NCBI GenBank assembly: GCA_041674405.1
Contig: JBAYVT010000004.1
Location: 30,001-62,000, forward strand
Length of the DNA: 32,000 bases
Direction: 5' to 3'
DNA from: Patescibacteria group bacterium
GTDB taxonomy: Bacteria > Patescibacteriota > UBA1384 > XYA2-FULL-43-10
In this document: positions 29,901 to 32,000 of the stretch, one piece after another
Numbering within the stretch: position 1 is the stretch's first letter
Layout of the letters: every line of letters starts with the position of its first letter
Translations under genes and position numbers: made by a program
Notes under the pieces: model-generated
Databases searched by the model: none
Seen by the model: only the letters and a program-made list of their open reading frames with translations
Told to the model about the DNA's origin: nothing

Positions 29901-32000
29901 GGCTGCGCACTTTCTTGCGCTTGCATTATCATTGTTTAGGAGCCCCGAAGCGGTACCTTTTTGCAGATTGAGGCTAGAATCTAGAATTGAGCTGCCGATT
30001 TTTGCGAATACGCTCTTTGAATTGCCGTTAAATATATTGAAGATATCGTCAGCGGTCAATCTTCCGGATCCTATTTGTGTTCCGATAGATTGGTTTACAG
30101 AAGATGCGGCAAGCTTGTCGACTATGTTGTAGCCAGAAACCTTTAGGTAGTCGAGCGGGACTTGCCCACCGGAGCTATTTTTATTCTGCCTTGAAAATAC
30201 CGCTTCGCTTTCTTCAGTCGAGATATTTAGCCCGAAGTCCAAAATCTTTTCAAATTGGATAAGATTAGCATCGCTAAATGGCTTGGACGATGTATTATCA
30301 GAAACAAATGTGTCTAGGGCAGCTTTTATTTTATCAGCACTTCCATAATCCTTTAGGAAGTCTTTTGCCGCGGCAATTCCTTCGGCAGAAAATTGTGGCG
30401 GGAATGACCTAAAATAATTTTCGAGGTAAGAAGGAACTCCGCTGCCTGTTTGTGAAGCTCCTTTAGATATGTCCAAAGATAACAAATAAACTGCGTTTGC
30501 AATTTCGTCAGTATAATTTATTTTTTTATCATCGTTTGCGCTCTTGTATTCACTAGCAGCAGAATATGTGCTAAATATATGTTCGCCGGCTTTGTCGAAA
30601 TACACGTAGCTATTGTCTGGTATGGTCGTGCCTGCGATATCGACATTTTGTATGGGCTGGCAGGGATTGTCAGGCGTTGCTGCTGCCATTAAGTAATTGT
30701 TGTGGTCGACGAAGTAAATTTGGTTAACCCCAGGATTGTCATTTCCTCCCTTGTGTGTCATAAACGCCTTAATCGCTGCTTCGGAAACATGCATTTTTGT
30801 TGCCAAAAGCCTGATAGTATCGCTGTCAGCTTCCGATTGGTCATATCCACCGATTTGTTGTCCGGTGATAAATTTCTCGGTCGTCCCGGCCGGCAGCTTG
30901 CTTTTCACGTCATTCGCAATCGCCTTGGAGCGAGCCGAAGACCACGCGCTGAAGCTGTTGTTCATAAGGTCATCAAGATCAAATCCCTTTAGTCCCATGC
31001 CCGATGCAAGAATATTGTTTGCTTTGCTCCGGCTTATTTTCAATTTGTTTACCATGCCGTCACGAAGGTCTGCCAAAGATTTTGGTGACGACAGATCAGA
31101 TCCTGTTAAAATTGAGCTTCCGGCAACTCCAGCTTGCTCCTCAAGAGCTGCTGAACCGATGGCACGGAAAAAAATGTCTTTGAAACTTTGGCTGTTCTTT
31201 GCTTGGTCATTGTTTTTTGCCAGAGCCAGTGCGTCCGAAGCATATTTTAGGGCCTTTGAAGAGATCCCCAAGCTGCCGCTTAGTTTAGCTGAGGCAGCGC
31301 CAGATACTAAATCTTGCAAAGTAGTTTTTCCGGACAGGAACGAAACCAGGTCTCCCAATCCAAGCTTGGAGCCACCCAGATCGATGGAGGAAAACTTAAT
31401 ATCACTCAAGTGCAAATCTTCAATCTTAAAATCCGCCTGCTCGTTTCCAGTGGTGATCTCATATGCAGATTTTGTGATATCTTGTACATTCTGCATTACG
31501 CCATTGAGCTGGTGCAGATAATCGGAAAATGTTCCGTCATTGCTTGAAAGGCCTTCGGAGAGATCTGTAGATCCGGAAAATACCGGGGAGCTTGCTTCGT
31601 TAATGATACTGCCAATCGCGATTGCGGCTGTTGTTGTGTCTCCGCCTCCCGGGTTTGCATCAGCCTTTTCGGCAGCGGTCGCGAACACAGACAAAGCCTG
31701 TTTTAGAGCGTCATCCTTTGCTTTTATTGTGCTATTTAATTTGTCTGATACTGCGCTTGAAGCAGACGTATAACTTTGTATTCGTTGATTTAGAGTGTTC
31801 AGTGTGGACTTAATGCCGTTGATTCGGTCGGTATAATATGCCTGATCGCGAACATTTTTATTTTCTAATACATTTGAATTGTTTGCTTCTTGTGTTTTTT
31901 TATCGTCATAGCCCGAAGTCTCAAGTGCTTGCCTTAAGTTTTTTTGCCCTATTTTTTTGAAAGTACCGGCCGGGTCTGATCCTATGCCAAATAAATTTGC
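26976..32000 (-). CDS. Giant hypothetical surface-type protein (at least 1674 aa in window), N-terminus beyond the window
   Basis: The track starts it at a TTG (31694). Checked triplet by triplet, the frame has no stop from 31695 to 32000 and no Met there, so the gene continues upstream. It is Gly/Ser/Asn/Leu-rich, and no catalytic motif was recognised. Confidence 0.7.
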   Translation of the reverse strand, partial: ANLFGIGSDPAGTFKKIGQKNLRQALETSGYDDKKTQEANNSNVLENKNVRDQAYYTDRINGIKSTLNTLNQRIQSYTSASSAVSDKLNSTIKAKDDALKQALSVFATAAEKADANPGGGDTTTAAIAIGSIINEASSPVFSGSTDLSEGLSSNDGTFSDYLHQLNGVMQNVQDITKSAYEITTGNEQADFKIEDLHLSDIKFSSIDLGGSKLGLGDLVSFLSGKTTLQDLVSGAASAKLSGSLGISSKALKYASDALALAKNNDQAKNSQSFKDIFFRAIGSAALEEQAGVAGSSILTGSDLSSPKSLADLRDGMVNKLKISRSKANNILASGMGLKGFDLDDLMNNSFSAWSSARSKAIANDVKSKLPAGTTEKFITGQQIGGYDQSEADSDTIRLLATKMHVSEAAIKAFMTHKGGNDNPGVNQIYFVDHNNYLMAAATPDNPCQPIQNVDIAGTTIPDNSYVYFDKAGEHIFSTYSAASEYKSANDDKKINYTDEIANAVYLLSLDISKGASQTGSGVPSYLENYFRSFPPQFSAEGIAAAKDFLKDYGSADKIKAALDTFVSDNTSSKPFSDANLIQFEKILDFGLNISTEESEAVFSRQNKNSSGGQVPLDYLKVSGYNIVDKLAASSVNQSIGTQIGSGRLTADDIFNIFNGNSKSVFAKIGSSILDSSLNLQKGTASGLLNNDNASARKCAATQISTNLIGNSIGTGNLDLASLFTGSSVGSNKAESLLGLPAGSLKSGNILGVAKNVGVVKFAEAFQIPVSQEEISVVNAELKSMGENFFNVNAGNSFYQKLNSVVTYYQALGTNWTGVNDALQKTIDSLVSKGSTGGFNSDTIATLFSQNEPSWNNFVGRLSFLDRNLGLPDGTTVKLLASPTAGSLGEIFPINQYVRQVTDAATQNNLISGLIKGLGLQDGSDRQITDGDINNLITWIKDPGDNMGDLYGTLNNIFSWNLDKKAGLPEGTMATILQDPQTTFNRLISFGAEAFDSSLGLTSVFKTLILGNPDIRCGLSIFGGSGDTESCLKSTIGGQLNTLVGDAFKDLQVNFTIKDIAGNLEYSLKNLLNMDGFDSSTFQQILYGDFRPIQLLGAVMNIPQMYSGKDGLPFNLGIFETYDNAINALNSFKFNFSDLTRLVYGDLTQEIAVRLAAEQQRWNQLTNSSYNWTIAAGNATFNVSTGILSDSTTSSNLGPPNGIINIGLNFPGASDTSSAPILNLQVDNGLRITAGIDTGAAIDSLLNVRIGNTRALDVLNAGQAAIDFATNIWSQGVEYKSIDLALHRLDPNIPADFARSMFQGNDWTRTTTLLEYAEGLIRNDLGIDFLPGGFLGTLQNFISDPNSFDFKSALNGLLGSATADGTLVNTIDNYITGKAASIFGVDFGQGTFGGILGFLQTGSLEGALSIAGNKLQSLADIYGGPSFALNFVGGFVDKTFGLPPGTSQNLYNLYQNFKQAEQAFAASGGSGASGANLANAKAAAISYAARLVLGDTLAKWDEQLGLAPGTLSLLLDATISFLYGNWIQAAIDVAIILYNNLFGVYKVEYLCTADGYYPSIESPPSPDIVDNGNLGVWNGIDSKTRERKIIEAAQYKANKFIQNLYDMPSSTDDQKLVPTQVMTGRWEDVNAWSALTSDTICKNVTGGGQTNGLCNGTKAGMWANPQTTAYTHVGF

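Noticed and set aside
30736-31521. 261-aa plus-strand ORF (plus several shorter ones) antisense to the giant gene
   Set aside because: It is nested in the giant ORF and has a low-complexity Ser/Leu/Ala/Phe composition with no start context. It cannot be formally excluded, but there is no positive evidence for it.
1-32000. Alternative genetic code (UGA recoding, as in some CPR lineages)
   Set aside because: Conserved genes end on ordinary stops where their products are of expected length, for example rnpA and the GNAT acetyltransferase (3267-3692) on TGA and galU on TAA. No conserved gene is interrupted by an in-frame TGA. The standard bacterial code fits.

Overview
The window is an AT-rich bacterial chromosome segment, roughly 40% G+C by eye, that spans the replication origin. 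One side carries rpmH, rnpA, yidD, yidC and jag on the minus strand. The other carries dnaA, dnaN, recF and a DUF721 gene on the plus strand, with DnaA-box clusters on both sides of dnaA. The rest is compact housekeeping: ndk, an M16 peptidase, galU, hsp20, a Nudix hydrolase, a frameshifted comFC, three tRNA-Ser genes and one tRNA-Arg. Gene content and style suggest a reduced Patescibacteria/CPR-like organism using the standard code; this is inference only.

Five things stand out:
1. Three visibly GC-rich cassettes (about 60-65% G+C by eye) sit at 14.8-16.2 kb, 19.9-20.5 kb and 25.9-26.9 kb. Each has its own near-consensus sigma70-type promoter, an AGGAGG Shine-Dalgarno (SD) sequence and a hairpin terminator. 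One splits the normally inseparable rpmH-rnpA pair. One sits where gyrB is normally found after recF-DUF721. One abuts a tRNA-Ser with a duplicated 3' half.
2. An orphan solute-binding lipoprotein is translationally coupled to four consecutive genes sharing a VirB2/TrbC-like two-TM pilin module. One of these is a 732-aa fusion. The cluster is convergent with a PilB/GspE ATPase.
3. A giant ORF of at least 1674 aa runs off the window edge and carries a recurring D-x-x-x-G-L-P-x-G-T motif.
4. A conserved element of about 90 nt directly trails two different tRNA-Ser genes.
5. CACAGAA heptamer arrays occur twice, one of them a perfectly dyad-symmetric 3+3 arrangement between dnaN and recF.

No rRNA, CRISPR array, transposase or integrase gene was seen.
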